DNA of 15,036 bases from a bacterium (GTDB taxonomy: Bacteria > SAR324 > NAC60-12). Position numbers and translations under genes: made by a program. This document shows, piece by piece, positions 1 through 9,770 of this stretch. Within the stretch, counting starts at the first letter, position 1, and every line of letters begins with the position of its first letter. The notes beneath the pieces are model-generated. The model worked only from the letters and a program-made list of their open reading frames with translations. It was not told the DNA's origin and did not search any database. The DNA lies in NCBI GenBank assembly GCA_965233585.1, contig CBDDTI010000680.1:1-15036 (forward strand). Direction: 5' to 3'.

Positions 1-1167
1 CGATATAATTGCCCAAAGAAGATACAGAATAACTACAAATTATTTAAATGAGGAAAAGGGTCGCATTCAGGCTAAAATTTCAACTGTTGTTTAGGTCATC
101 TCTTGTACTCATGAAGACAACGGTAAGTTCAAAGGTCATAAACTTCAAGCAAGTACCGTAAATATTTTCGGTCGTCAAAATTCGCAGTTTAAGTTGCCCA
201 AAAATTTTATTTCACAGAACGATAGAGGAAGCCTTACTCTTTCTATAGAATACCATCTTTACAGCGAAATCCATGTACCAGGTAGGGAATTTTACCGTTG
301 AATTTTGCCAAAATCGAGCGTTCTGATAATGCTGTTTGGGAGGGTAAATTTGAAAATTTTTTTAACAATTCAGGTTTGAATCTTTTCCAATTCTAATAAC
401 GGCACTTTGTAAAGAAAGGGTCATTGAATTGTCTAATATCAAAATAATTTTGACATTTTTTTTAGTTTTCTTACACGTGTGGCAAATACGAAGCACATTT
501 TTGAGTGGTTCGAGGGCTTCACCAAGGGTGAAAATTAAAAAATCGCTTTACTTGAAAAATATAACTCCAAACGAACATAAAGTTGTATTTTCTTAAATAG
601 TTTCCAGAAGGCTTTGTTGTGAAAAAGTTTGAGGGAATTCGATTTTTGCATTTTGCACAGCTATCCGTAGTACTTACTGGAAGTCAGTCTTAAGGCCCAG
701 AGGAAACCGGCCGCGTTGTGGCTCATAACAACGTGCACTTTTTTTAAATTGAAATGACGAAAGGAGGAGCGTAAAGTTTTCGGATGAAAATGCGAATTGC
801 GTAGTTGTATTTGGAAGGAGCTGCAGTTATTACGCCTTGCAGCCGCTTGCAGCAAGATCGCCCGCTGCCGAGCTCAGGAGCACAGGAACAATCGTTCAAC
901 TGATTACTCCTGTGATTTCTCGTCGGGTGAGCAGTGATACTAAATTGTTGAGGTTCACTTTGCTGAGATGACCGGAAATCACTACCCGGCATGTTAAGAG
1001 TTGTTGGAGCATTTTTACAAAAATAAATAGTAAACAGGGACTGCTCAATTATATATTTCAATTTTTCACAGGACGGCTTTGGTTCGTGCTTGCTTGTTTT
1101 TTTCCATGTTTACGGGAGTTCAGCATATATCAGAGCTGATCGAAATGTGCTTTCATCTTCTATTGGA

Positions 1168-1286
1168 TTCAGTTCGCCTGGAATTAAGATAGGCGTCTGA
1201 ATCAGTTCAACCGGTGTAAATTAATTTGGGTCGGCTAAATTCGAATTTGATTCGGCTCATGTAAAGTACGGCGTCTGAACGGAGCA
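1168..1286. mobile_element. Terminus of a PIF/Harbinger-like non-autonomous element (mirrored at 1720-1800)
   Basis: Ends ...ggctcatgtaaagtacggcgtctgaacggagca|TAA. Its reverse complement closely matches the terminus at 2193 (ggcccgggtcaaacgccgtacttcacatgagccgaa). TAA/TTA flanks are typical of Harbinger targets. Confidence 0.6.
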
Positions 1287-1800
1287 TAAAGAAATAAATA
1301 AAACTAGAACAACACTGGTGGACGTTTATCACTTGCACGAACGAGCCTTGAGGGTGATACAGTATATAATTCTCATTCTGATACATTTGCATGAAGACGT
1401 GCTGATATACTTTCTTTGTAACAGACGGCTTCAGGATATCACAGCCATGTACAAAGACAAACATGGCATTGCAGCTGACTGAGTTTCTGATCTATTTGTT
1501 CCGAACAAATAGATCAGAAACTCAGTCAGCTGCAATGCCATGTTTGAACTTTGTACATGTGCTGTGATATCCTGAAGCCGTCTGTTACAAAGAAAGTATA
1601 TCAGCACGTCTTCATGCAAATGTATCAGAATGAGAATTATATACTGTATCACCCTCAAGGCTCGTTCGTGCAAGTGATAAACGTCCACCAGTGTTGTTCT
1701 AGTTTTATTGATTTCTTTATGCTCCGTTCAGACGCCGTACTTTACATGAGCCGAATCGAATTCGAATTTAGCCGACCCAAATTAATTTACACCGGCTGAA
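1206..1800. repeat. Near-perfect 595-bp palindrome (arms ~296 bp, 1-nt loop at 1502)
   Basis: 1206-1501 is the reverse complement of 1503-1800, with about 4 substitutions and two 1-nt indels by manual alignment. The centre is gttc-c-gaac. The ORF track shows mirror-image ORFs at 1207-1464(-) and 1551-1799(+). Confidence 0.97.
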
Positions 1801-2192
1801 AAGGCTCTGCACACTCCCTGCGCAATAGTGACTTCGTGTTACCATGTTTTAGAACTATACGCCGGATGGCAAACACTCTGTTAGAAATCTCGGGCCAATC
1901 GAGAAAATCAAAAGGATTCGCCTAGTCTACCTGTTTTTATAAAGAGAAATAAGAAAAACTGAACTTTGCCGACATTTCAATTAACAACAGCAATAGCTGT
2001 GATCTTTGCAGCCAACATAATTACTTTACTTCATTTTTTTTTTTTTTTTTTTCATAATTTTATCTTTTATATGAGCTAACAAAGGATCTTCATACTCATT
2101 TAGGTTTTATCATCTTTCTGTAGTTAAATTTCCACATTTTATTATTACACAGACACAACCCACTACCGGAAGTTGCATGGAACGAGGCCTAA

Positions 2193-3047
2193 GGCCCGGG
2201 TCAAACGCCGTACTTCACATGAGCCGAACCCAATTCAACGAATTAGGCTCATGTGAAGTTCGGCGTCTGACCCAATTAAGCTCGACTGATTTTATTTGGA
2301 GCGGCTGAGGCGTTCTTCACGCCTGGCCAGCCGTGAAGAACGCCTGAAGACCGACTTTGGGTCAAACGCCGATTTTCACATGAGCCGAACCAAACGCATA
2401 AGCAATGTTATCAAAGTTAAGTCATGTTAATGTATGAATCAGCCTCAAAATCTTTGAATCAGCCTCCATCTCATTTTTTTTTTCCAACATGACTGCCTAT
2501 CGAGGTGGGTTTGAGGATATAGATGATGAAGACTCTTGTATGTCGTGTTTGGACACGACGAAATATCGCTGCCTTCGTTGTAAATTTTCATTGTGCAACA
2601 AAGGCTTACTTCAGAAGAAAACGAAGAAATTCCAGATTGGAAATCTGGAGAGTTTGTTGCACATTGTGTGCCTTGCTCGAAAGAAGCCTTCGAACAAGGC
2701 ACACAGTACTCAACACACGCTGTCGGATGCTTTCGCAGTTTCTGGTCTAAAGGCTCCATTTCACCGTTTCGTTCACGATGGAACGTGCTTTATTTTGAGC
2801 CCGCGCGTGCTTATTATATATGCATGAATTATCGCTGTTAACGTATTTGCATAGTCCATCAGTTTTTCACAATCAGCGTCCTTGTAACGGTTACCCTGAA
2901 TTGTACAGCGGGCGAAACATTGATTTTACCTTGAAAAACAAGACCGTTTTTTAAAATTTCTTTGGTGTAGCAGTTCGGTTCGACTGAATTAGAATCGACG
3001 TTTGACTCAAATTAGGCGTTCTTAATTATTCAAGTCGACCCAAACTG
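2193..3047 (+). mobile_element. PIF/Harbinger-like element, right end truncated
   Basis: Starts TAA|ggcccgggtcaaacg. A 28-bp motif occurs three times (2198-2225, inverted at 2246-2273, and 2359-2386). There is an internal 38-bp palindrome at 2308-2345. The segment 2974-3047 resembles the subterminal sequence at 1168-1245. The superfamily call is inferred. Confidence 0.6.
2489..2700 (+). pseudogene. Frameshifted Cys-rich zinc-finger (PHD/B-box-like) remnant inside the Harbinger-like element
   Basis: Joining the 2489 frame to the 2593 frame near 2606 gives CMSC-LDTTKYR-CLRC-KFSL-CNK(G)...SEENEEIPDWKSGEFVAH-CVPC. This is four CxxC-type pairs, one of them degenerate, with a WxxG before the last pair. 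Confidence 0.6.
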
Positions 3048-3986
3048 CTCTTAAACCCTCTAGCTGTCCCCGGGAAAGAAAATTGAATTTTACATGACTA
3101 ACCATATTTTATTAAAACAAGGACGTTCCACGTCCGTTTAAAAAGCAATAACTTGTTACAAGCATAAGCCTTTTAACGAGATTCACCTTAAATTTCTCTA
3201 GAAAGTTACATTAACTTTCTCGAGAATACTTGAGTTTTTATTCGCGAGGACACTTTGGGAATTGAATTAAAGTGACATGTTTCAAGTAATATTGAAACAG
3301 ATACCTTGCTGTGGGAAGATTTTAATTTAAAAAATGCACTTATTGCTAGAACTTTGAGAGGAATAGCTTTTTTTAAACTGCTGAATAAACCATAATCGTC
3401 TTTACTCGGATAGCAAGTTAAACTTGACAGACTACAAATTCTCACAAATTTACGGGAAATATCCAACCTGAGGATCAGCCTCGAGTCATACACTGTAAAG
3501 AAATATAATAGGTGTTGAAGACGTCACATGCACTCCACGGTTTGTCAACCAAAACTCTCTGACTTGGAAAATCTACCTAGAGAGTATATTCGTGGCAGGG
3601 TAGTACTTGGTGTAAGACCTCACTATTATGTCCTGAGATCCACCCATTTGCACCGCAGCCGTTTTTTAGGTGGACCTTTCGCTGTTATTAGGATTTCTTA
3701 ATTTAAACTAAGAAAACAAACAGTCTGAAATAGGACATTGGGACGATTTGACTGTCTTGAGTGTCTAGATCTGATATAACTCTATGATCGCAACCAATAC
3801 TAAAGAGAAAACGAAGAATTAGAATTTTAAATTCTATGCTGACTAAGATCAGACATCTAAACACCAACACGGTCATGATTTTCTTTGAAATTATGAACTA
3901 TTGATGACTTGCGAAGAAAATTTCACAGACGTCTAAGTAATAGCTGCATTGTTTATCACACGCTACAGGCGAGCTCAACAAAACAC

Positions 3987-4132
3987 CAGGCCAGTTCGAA
4001 AGGCGTGTATTGCTATCCACTGGACAAATCATTATCCAGTGGATAGCGTGGTGTGTTTTGTTAACACTTATCCGCTGGATAGTGATTTGTCCCGAGGATA
4101 GCGTTATCCAGCCTTTAAACAACTGGGGCCAG
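3987..4132. mobile_element. Palindromic MITE (ctggccccagttgttcaaa-type termini, tatccantggata internal repeats)
   Basis: Imperfect inverted ends (caggccagttcgaaagg / cctttaaacaactggggccag) and several tatccactgga/tatccagtggatag/tatccgctggatag units. It resembles a very common anthozoan MITE (recalled, not searched). Confidence 0.8.
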
Positions 4133-4326
4133 CTGTAGTTATTTCTGTCCATCTGGTGCAGTACTATTATTTCAGGACAATTTCCGGTCCTAGTTTATGT
4201 CCATCGCACTATATGAAATGAAATGAAAAGCAAATTGTGGCACAAGCAGAAGCCTCAGTTTATGTTGGAGATGCGCGCATGAGATGGCATCAAGGCAAAC
4301 CATTATCCCGTCTTCGGTATCACATA

Positions 4327-4393
4327 AGCATTTTCAAGACCTTGGTCACAGTTTTTCACTATACGGACCTCCCAGCCGGCAAATAACATATAT
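4327..4393. repeat. Terminal fragment of a common anthozoan interspersed repeat (possibly Crypton-type non-autonomous)
   Basis: The sequence agcattttcaagaccttggtcacagtttttcactatacggacctcccagccggcaaataacatatat is recognised from memory as a repeat end. No partner end is present in the window. Confidence 0.45.
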
Positions 4394-5687
4394 TTATTTG
4401 AATCGACGCACCCTCGATAAACTTCACGGACCAGTTGTCAACCCTTCTTTTGACAGTTGTTTTCTTATCATTTGTAATTAATTCTTGAACCCTTTCCCAG
4501 TTTTCTAAGTCGCTTGAGTCTTGTATTTTATGTAGACGAGTCGAGGGAAAATTGAAAAGCCTTCCACTTTCCTCCAAGTTTCAGTCAGTAAAAGTATATG
4601 AAACTTCCTTCCTCCCTTTGTATCTTGCATTGTCGCCACTGTTCCCTTTGTTCGACTCAACAGTAGTTGTAAACTACAAACTTGCAGCAACCAATTTTGT
4701 TTTATCTACAACAAACCGTGACAATTAACAGCTCTAGTCTGATCCTGAGATAATCAGCTTTTCAAGGTACATTGCAAGGGCTTATACATATATGTGACGT
4801 TAGTAGTTCTTTTCTTATAAGACTAACAACGTACTTTTCGAAGGCCACGTCACTTTCTAGTTTGGCTGTTGCCTGAGTAGCGCGAAAATTCGAAACAGGG
4901 AGCTTCAGTCACTAATTTACACCTTGCAATTAAGGGGCAGTGTCTGGATGTTTTCCTGTCACCCGCGAAGATCTTCGTGCTTCATTCGAATCTTCCATGT
5001 AATAAACACATCGGTTAGATATCAATCGCATATATCAATCCTCGGAGCAGAAAAATACAATGAAAAACATTGCCGGACGTTTATCAATAACCTCGCGTTT
5101 AAGACTGAAAAAAATAAGAAATAAAACTGTACTTTTAAACACTGCCAAGCGAGTTTTGAAGTCTTCTTTATGGTAAGAGGGCCAGGATATTCTTAGAGGG
5201 GTACTATTTTTTTCTTCTGTTACGGATGGAAAACCACGAAACGTCAAAAAACCACTTGATGCGTTAAAAGCGAACAGGATTTGAACTATTTGACGCTCGT
5301 ATATATCTGGTAATGCGTAATGTATTTACAGAGTATAGAGATCTGATCGTTTTGTTTGTTCAATCTATTTAGCTTTGTGAAATGCTGTGGGGAGGGGGGG
5401 GGATTTATTTAATGGTCAGTGATAAACTGGTAAAGCTGCGGCCGACAAAATGACTGCAAAGCAGTGGGGAGAAAAACTATATAATATAAATTACGCTTTC
5501 ATAGCGTGAATGATTGTTAAGCTTGAACACCACACGTCTTTTAAATATGGATATTTTCTCAGTGCCGTCTTAATGCACATGATGTCGTGACTCAGTTTTT
5601 TTTAACCTTTCTATGCTTTTTTTTTTTTTTTTTTTTTTTTTTTCATTCGGTCTTCCTCCGTTGGGACAGAATTTGCTGTTTGATACT

Positions 5688-5902
5688 TAGGGCCTGAACT
5701 TTCAAAGCCCGATTAAGCTAGCCCAGGCCAGGGTTAGCGAGAATTTTGATTTTCGTTTTATATTATTTGGCCTTCTGTGTCGAATTTTATTATCTCGAGG
5801 CACACGAAACAAAGGCAGTGAAAGACATTTCTACAGAAGAAAAATTAATACTTTGGTTAAATTTTAATCCTGAGATGGTGTTAACCGTTTCTTGAACAAC
5901 CC
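5688..5902. mobile_element. Degenerate MITE (gggcc..ttcaaagcccgattaagcta ... ttaaccg..ttgaacaaccc)
   Basis: Decayed inverted ends related to the termini of the 3987-4132 MITE. It resembles a common coral MITE family (recalled). Confidence 0.6.
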
Positions 5903-6970
5903 ACGTAGATTTCCTCTTTTTTTTTGTCGTTACAGCTCGATTCATTACGTAGTCGAAATGTTTAGTCAAAACGTAGAGCACATGATTGGTATTTTATGGG
6001 AGCTCCGTCTTTAGGCTTGCCTAAATGTATATATTCAGTGTTATTAGGAGACAGACGTCTTCTCATTGGGACCTTGGCAATGTGATTGAGTCTGATTGAG
6101 TTGGTAAGAACCAGGTCGTTACCCAGCGTACATCATCACCATAAAGAGAGCTTCACGTCTGTCACGATATAAATCATTTTTAAGGTAAATGAAACCGATA
6201 CAATAATTTAAATTTCACAATTTTCGAGCGACAGACCATATATCATGTTGGTCGATTTCCGGCAGAGGATGAGCCGACAAAAAGATAGCGGTGGGTACCT
6301 GGCCAGGTCACTGCAAACCCTAACAGACCTAGCCTGCGAGCAGGTTCACTTGTTTGGACGGGGAGCCTCGACCAAGAGCTGGCGAGAAGAATGGGGCGAG
6401 GTAAAGTGAGCCTGCACGCGAGCTATTGATTTTTGAATTCCCTGCGTTCGCTGACGAACGCAGCGATCCGATTGGTTTAAGGCGAGGGTCAACGTGAAGG
6501 CTGTTTTCACGTCGCTTAACACGGCCTTTCTGCCAATATCTCGGTCACGTTTCAAGCGACGCCAAATCCCTTCGCTTATTACATTGTCCACTATTTGGCA
6601 GTTTTGTGTAAATTTTTGGGTGATTTTTAGGTGTTTTGGGAAAGAGAGATATTTTCTCAAAGGATAGGTTAAATTGAGGAAAATATGAAATGTTGAAGAT
6701 TTGATGGAATTTGAAGTGAAGAATTAGTAGACGGAGACCAAACAGTCCCCTACCAACCTGGGACTCTTTTTGGAGGGGGTCTACTGTCTGGTAGTGTTTC
6801 AAACCTATTTTTATCCTAATAATTCCCTCTTAATTATACTTCAAATTTCACTCCTATTCAGGTTTACCCCCGCCTTAAATTGACAGGTTACAGAAACCAG
6901 TACAACCTTAGGGCATTTCTCATCACGCAAACCGTCTGTAGACTTTGTTCAAGGAGCGTTCCTCGAGATT

Positions 6971-7376
6971 TTGATTAATTCTGACTTAAGTTTTGAACTA
7001 AAACTGGAGCAGAAAATACCTGTGAATCGTTTACTGGAAGGGAGGGATGTTTCGCAATGCGGTAAGAGTTTTTTTCAGCCGTGTTCTCCACATAGCAGCG
7101 ATCGAACAGAAGAAGATTTGAGAGTGGTTCTAGTTATTTGCCCGTTGATAGGCCTGATTGAAGTTCAGATTAAGGAAGGACAACCTCTCGGTTTGACCTG
7201 TGCTTCGCTACAAGATGTAAATGACCTTTTTAGCGACAATCCTTGGCCACAACCTCTGTTTGCATCAGCAGAGAAGGCACTCGATAATGACTTAAGACAG
7301 ATCTTCAGAGGTTCCCCAACAAGTTGAATTGATAGTCGTAGACGAACCACACACTGTAGAGATCTGAACGGGCAAA
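6971..7376 (+). pseudogene. Decayed SF2 RecQ-like DExH helicase (N-terminal RecA-like domain)
   Basis: Motifs are Q-motif-like LKLEQ, LLEGRDV, a partly deleted Walker A (CGKSFFQ), motif Ia VVLVICPL..LI..QI and motif Ib-like LFASAE. After a frameshift, Walker B reads VELIVVDEPH (7323-7352), followed by TVEI*TGK with TGA at a likely Trp codon. Confidence 0.85.
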
Positions 7377-7401
7377 AATGGTCGGGAGAAAATCAAGCTT
7401 T

Positions 7402-7457
7402 CGCTTTTAATTTGAACATGCTTTTTATTTTGAACACGCTTTTTATTTTGAACATGC
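7402..7457. repeat. 18-bp tandem repeat, ~3 copies (gctttttattttgaacay)
   Basis: Seen directly, immediately after the helicase remnant. Confidence 0.85.
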
Positions 7458-8147
7458 GATCGCGTGTAGCGTAGCACGTCTGCGAAATTCTCAACATTTT
7501 TTTGCTTTTAAAGAGCTTTCTTCACCACAGCTGAAGGAAAATTTATTGTTATTGTACTCTCTTTCGCATTTCTTTCATCTGGTTCCCTGTGTTTGGGAAT
7601 TTCAGGTTTTAGATGTGAACTTTATTTTTGCAAACTAGATTTATGCATATTTAATTTGCGACAACCATCGCGGTTTGTTTGTTTGTTTACTTTGTTGGAG
7701 TCTTATTCAGCAACAACAGACTGGCTACTAATTTAGTACAGTTGAAATACGATTGATCTCAAAGTAATTAGCTTGTTTATGTGGACTTTTTGAGTTACAA
7801 CTTTCATCTTTCTTTCGCAGCGCTCCAATATATCTCGTGCCGCGAAGAGATTGTTTGCTTTTGTGTTATCAAATTATCTGACACATGTGAAATGCTGACT
7901 TGACACCTCGCGAGGGGCGGAATTCAAGAATCAATAGCTCGCGCTCACTTTTGCTCGCTTTACCCACACTTTTCCTCGCTTCGCCGGTTCTCGGTACAAG
8001 TGAGCCTGCTCGCAGGCTATAACAGACCCAACACAATAGCAGGGGCCGTCTGTATCATGTCTAGTTCTTCAGTGTTGACAGATTGGTGACGTGGCTGGAT
8101 TGTTCGCTCATTTAGAATTGATGTGAAAAATAAACGTTTTTACGCAA

Positions 8148-8153
8148 TTTATT
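8148..8153 (-). promoter_or_regulatory. Candidate polyadenylation signal (AATAAA) for the GPCR
   Basis: tttatt on + reads AATAAA on -, about 270 nt downstream of the GPCR stop. The motif is common in AT-rich DNA. Confidence 0.3.
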
Positions 8154-8425
8154 CATTGACTTCATAATTTATAAAATTTGCAAACCGGTCTACGAAATAT
8201 CCGCAAAAGATGGTAAAGTTTCGCAAGCTAGTGCACTTTGAGTTTTAAATGGAAAAAAAATCCCATTAGTAATAGAAAGTTACAAATACAGTTTACAGTA
8301 AGGCACTTGATTACAAAGTTACTTTACCTCAATTCATTAAATGAAATATAGCGCAGTTTACAGATCTGAATATAATAACGTTTTTTTTTTTTCTAGCCGA
8401 CCAACAGTCACGACTATATCTCCAG

Positions 8426-9394
8426 CTACTGCGCTGCTTTGTCCATTAGGAGGGCCTTAAGTCCTTCGCGATAATTTCTACTGAAAATAAAACAGATGCA
8501 AGGATTTACGGCACAGTTTGCTCGAGCCAAAAAAAAAGCAACAAAGCTAAAGTTTTGAAGGCCACAAGACGATGAGATGTCGATCAGTCTAAAGGTGATG
8601 AGTATCCAGCGGATAGCGAGGGGAAACAAGCAAACTACAAACCCCAGAACGATAGCAATGGCCATCTTTAACACATTTCGTTCCCATAGCCGACGCTGTT
8701 GCTTTTCGCAGGCCAATTGCTCGCCAGGAACCTTCTGCGACTTGAGCTTTAAGAAGATGATAATATATAGTATGGCTATCTCCACCAACGAGATAAAGAA
8801 GGCAACAGCAATCGCCGGCAAGTGGTAAAGGGATGAGGACTCTCCAAAGACTTCATTCCAACGTCTGACACAGACATATCCTCCCGAAAATTCAACAAGT
8901 TTTGTGACGACGAGCACCGGGGAAAGAATGAGCATCGCGAGAATCCAAGTGGCGAGAATGAAGATCCGGCAGAGCTTTAAACATATGAGTGGGGGACGGA
9001 AGGGAAATGCCACAGCTCCAAATCGATCTACTGCAATGAGAACCAAGCTCTGCGTCGACACAAGGCCGGAGACAAGTGGTAAAAAGTAAGCCAGCTTACA
9101 TAGGGACTGGCTAAGAGGACCACCGATCAACAAGTGGTTTGTGTAGATCTCTTGAATTGACTGAGGCATCGAGAAAATGGGAAGGAGCAAATCGGACATG
9201 GCCATGTTTACGACCAAAAAGTTGATGGGTTTTCTCATGGTTTTCGTCTTGTAGACAATTATTCTGATGACAGTGTTCCCAGCCAGCGAAACAAGAAAAG
9301 CCAGACAGAAGGCAACGGTTTTTGTGATTTTTTCTACTGTAAAATTGTAGCAGCTCGATGTTTCATTCACCGTTGTGTTCAAGTTTTCCGACAT
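8426..9394 (-). CDS. Intronless rhodopsin-like (class A) GPCR, neuropeptide-receptor-like orphan, 322 aa
   Basis: The ORF has 7 hydrophobic segments and class A motifs: GN (TM1), NMAMSDLL (TM2), Cys at the top of TM3, IAVDRF (DRY-like, 9020-9028), TM4 Trp, ECL2 Cys, CLFP (TM6), NPCIC (TM7) and helix 8 FSRNYREGL. N-terminal sequons are NTT, NET and NFT. The first ATG is at 9394 (MSENLN); the ORF-track start at 9433 is a TTG. Confidence 0.93.
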   Translation of the reverse strand: MSENLNTTVNETSSCYNFTVEKITKTVAFCLAFLVSLAGNTVIRIIVYKTKTMRKPINFLVVNMAMSDLLLPIFSMPQSIQEIYTNHLLIGGPLSQSLCKLAYFLPLVSGLVSTQSLVLIAVDRFGAVAFPFRPPLICLKLCRIFILATWILAMLILSPVLVVTKLVEFSGGYVCVRRWNEVFGESSSLYHLPAIAVAFFISLVEIAILYIIIFLKLKSQKVPGEQLACEKQQRRLWERNVLKMAIAIVLGFVVCLFPLAIRWILITFRLIDISSSCGLQNFSFVAFFLARANCAVNPCICFIFSRNYREGLKALLMDKAAQ

Positions 9395-9599
9395 AGTCGT
9401 CCAGTTTCTTTTTCTGCTCTCACACCCTCGCAATTAAGTTCTCCTGACTTGTTTATCCGTCTATAGTCTATTCATGTGTTCCACCGAAGGCGGTATAATT
9501 GCTGGCCTAATTTCTCTTGGTTTGACATTGTCTCAAGTGCAAAGGCAATTGATGATTTGGCGTTTTGACGGTGTGTTTGAAAATGGGCAGATCCACTCT

Positions 9600-9770
9600 C
9601 TTTTTGCGTTCTTATTTCGTGAGCGGCTAAGCGATAAGGAGAGGGCAAAGCGATAAGGGCGAAGCGCAGTCACGGAGGAGGACGGAGGGGAAGCCCTGCA
9701 AGGACGCTATTGTTTTCGTACTTTCAATCTCTAATTAGATATGCAAAACCAGAAAGATATGAAAAGTCTG
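9600..9770. repeat. Probable decayed Academ-like terminal fragment upstream of the GPCR
   Basis: A purine-rich GC tract followed by ccctgcaaggacgctattgttttc resembles the layout of the 6360-6440 subterminal region (gcctgcacgcgagctattgatttt). No TIR pair or TSD was found. Confidence 0.35.

Larger units (their letters stand above)
6330..8019 (+). mobile_element. Non-autonomous AcademH-type DNA transposon, 1690 bp
   Basis: 24-bp TIRs with 1 mismatch: tagcctgcgagcaggttcacttgt (6330-6353) and acaagtgagcctgctcgcaggcta (7996-8019). Exact 9-bp TSD taacagacc at 6321-6329 and 8020-8028. It has TAG...CTA termini and an internal RecQ-like helicase remnant. Confidence 0.9.

Noticed and set aside
1..693. 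Possible TTAA-type transposon end (...gaagtcagtc|ttaa)
   Set aside because: No partner TIR or coding remnant is present in the window, so it cannot be supported.
661..1061. ORFs 661-855(-) and 744-1061(-)
   Set aside because: Short, with no motif I can recognise. Probably non-coding or transposon-internal.
1207..1799. Twin ORFs 1207-1464(-) and 1551-1799(+) with near-identical peptides, and 1431-1688(-)
   Set aside because: They are by-products of the palindrome. They have no recognisable domain and run into a transposon terminus.
1206..1800. Hairpin telomere, retron or other prokaryotic/viral system suggested by the palindrome
   Set aside because: No protelomerase, RT or phage genes are present. 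The context is animal genomic DNA with a GPCR and eukaryotic transposons.
3051..3075. piggyBac-like start ttaaaccctctagctg
   Set aside because: Imperfect TTAA|CCC junction and no matching right end found.
4897..5125. agggagcttcag... resembling a Harbinger MITE start; ORF 4924-5124
   Set aside because: No matching ctccct end was found and the peptide has no recognisable features.
8577..9089. Plus-strand ORFs 8577-8828 and 8904-9089
   Set aside because: Antisense shadows of the GPCR coding sequence.
9395..9433. 13-aa N-terminal extension of the GPCR in the ORF track
   Set aside because: It starts at TTG. In a eukaryote the ATG at 9394 is the likely start.
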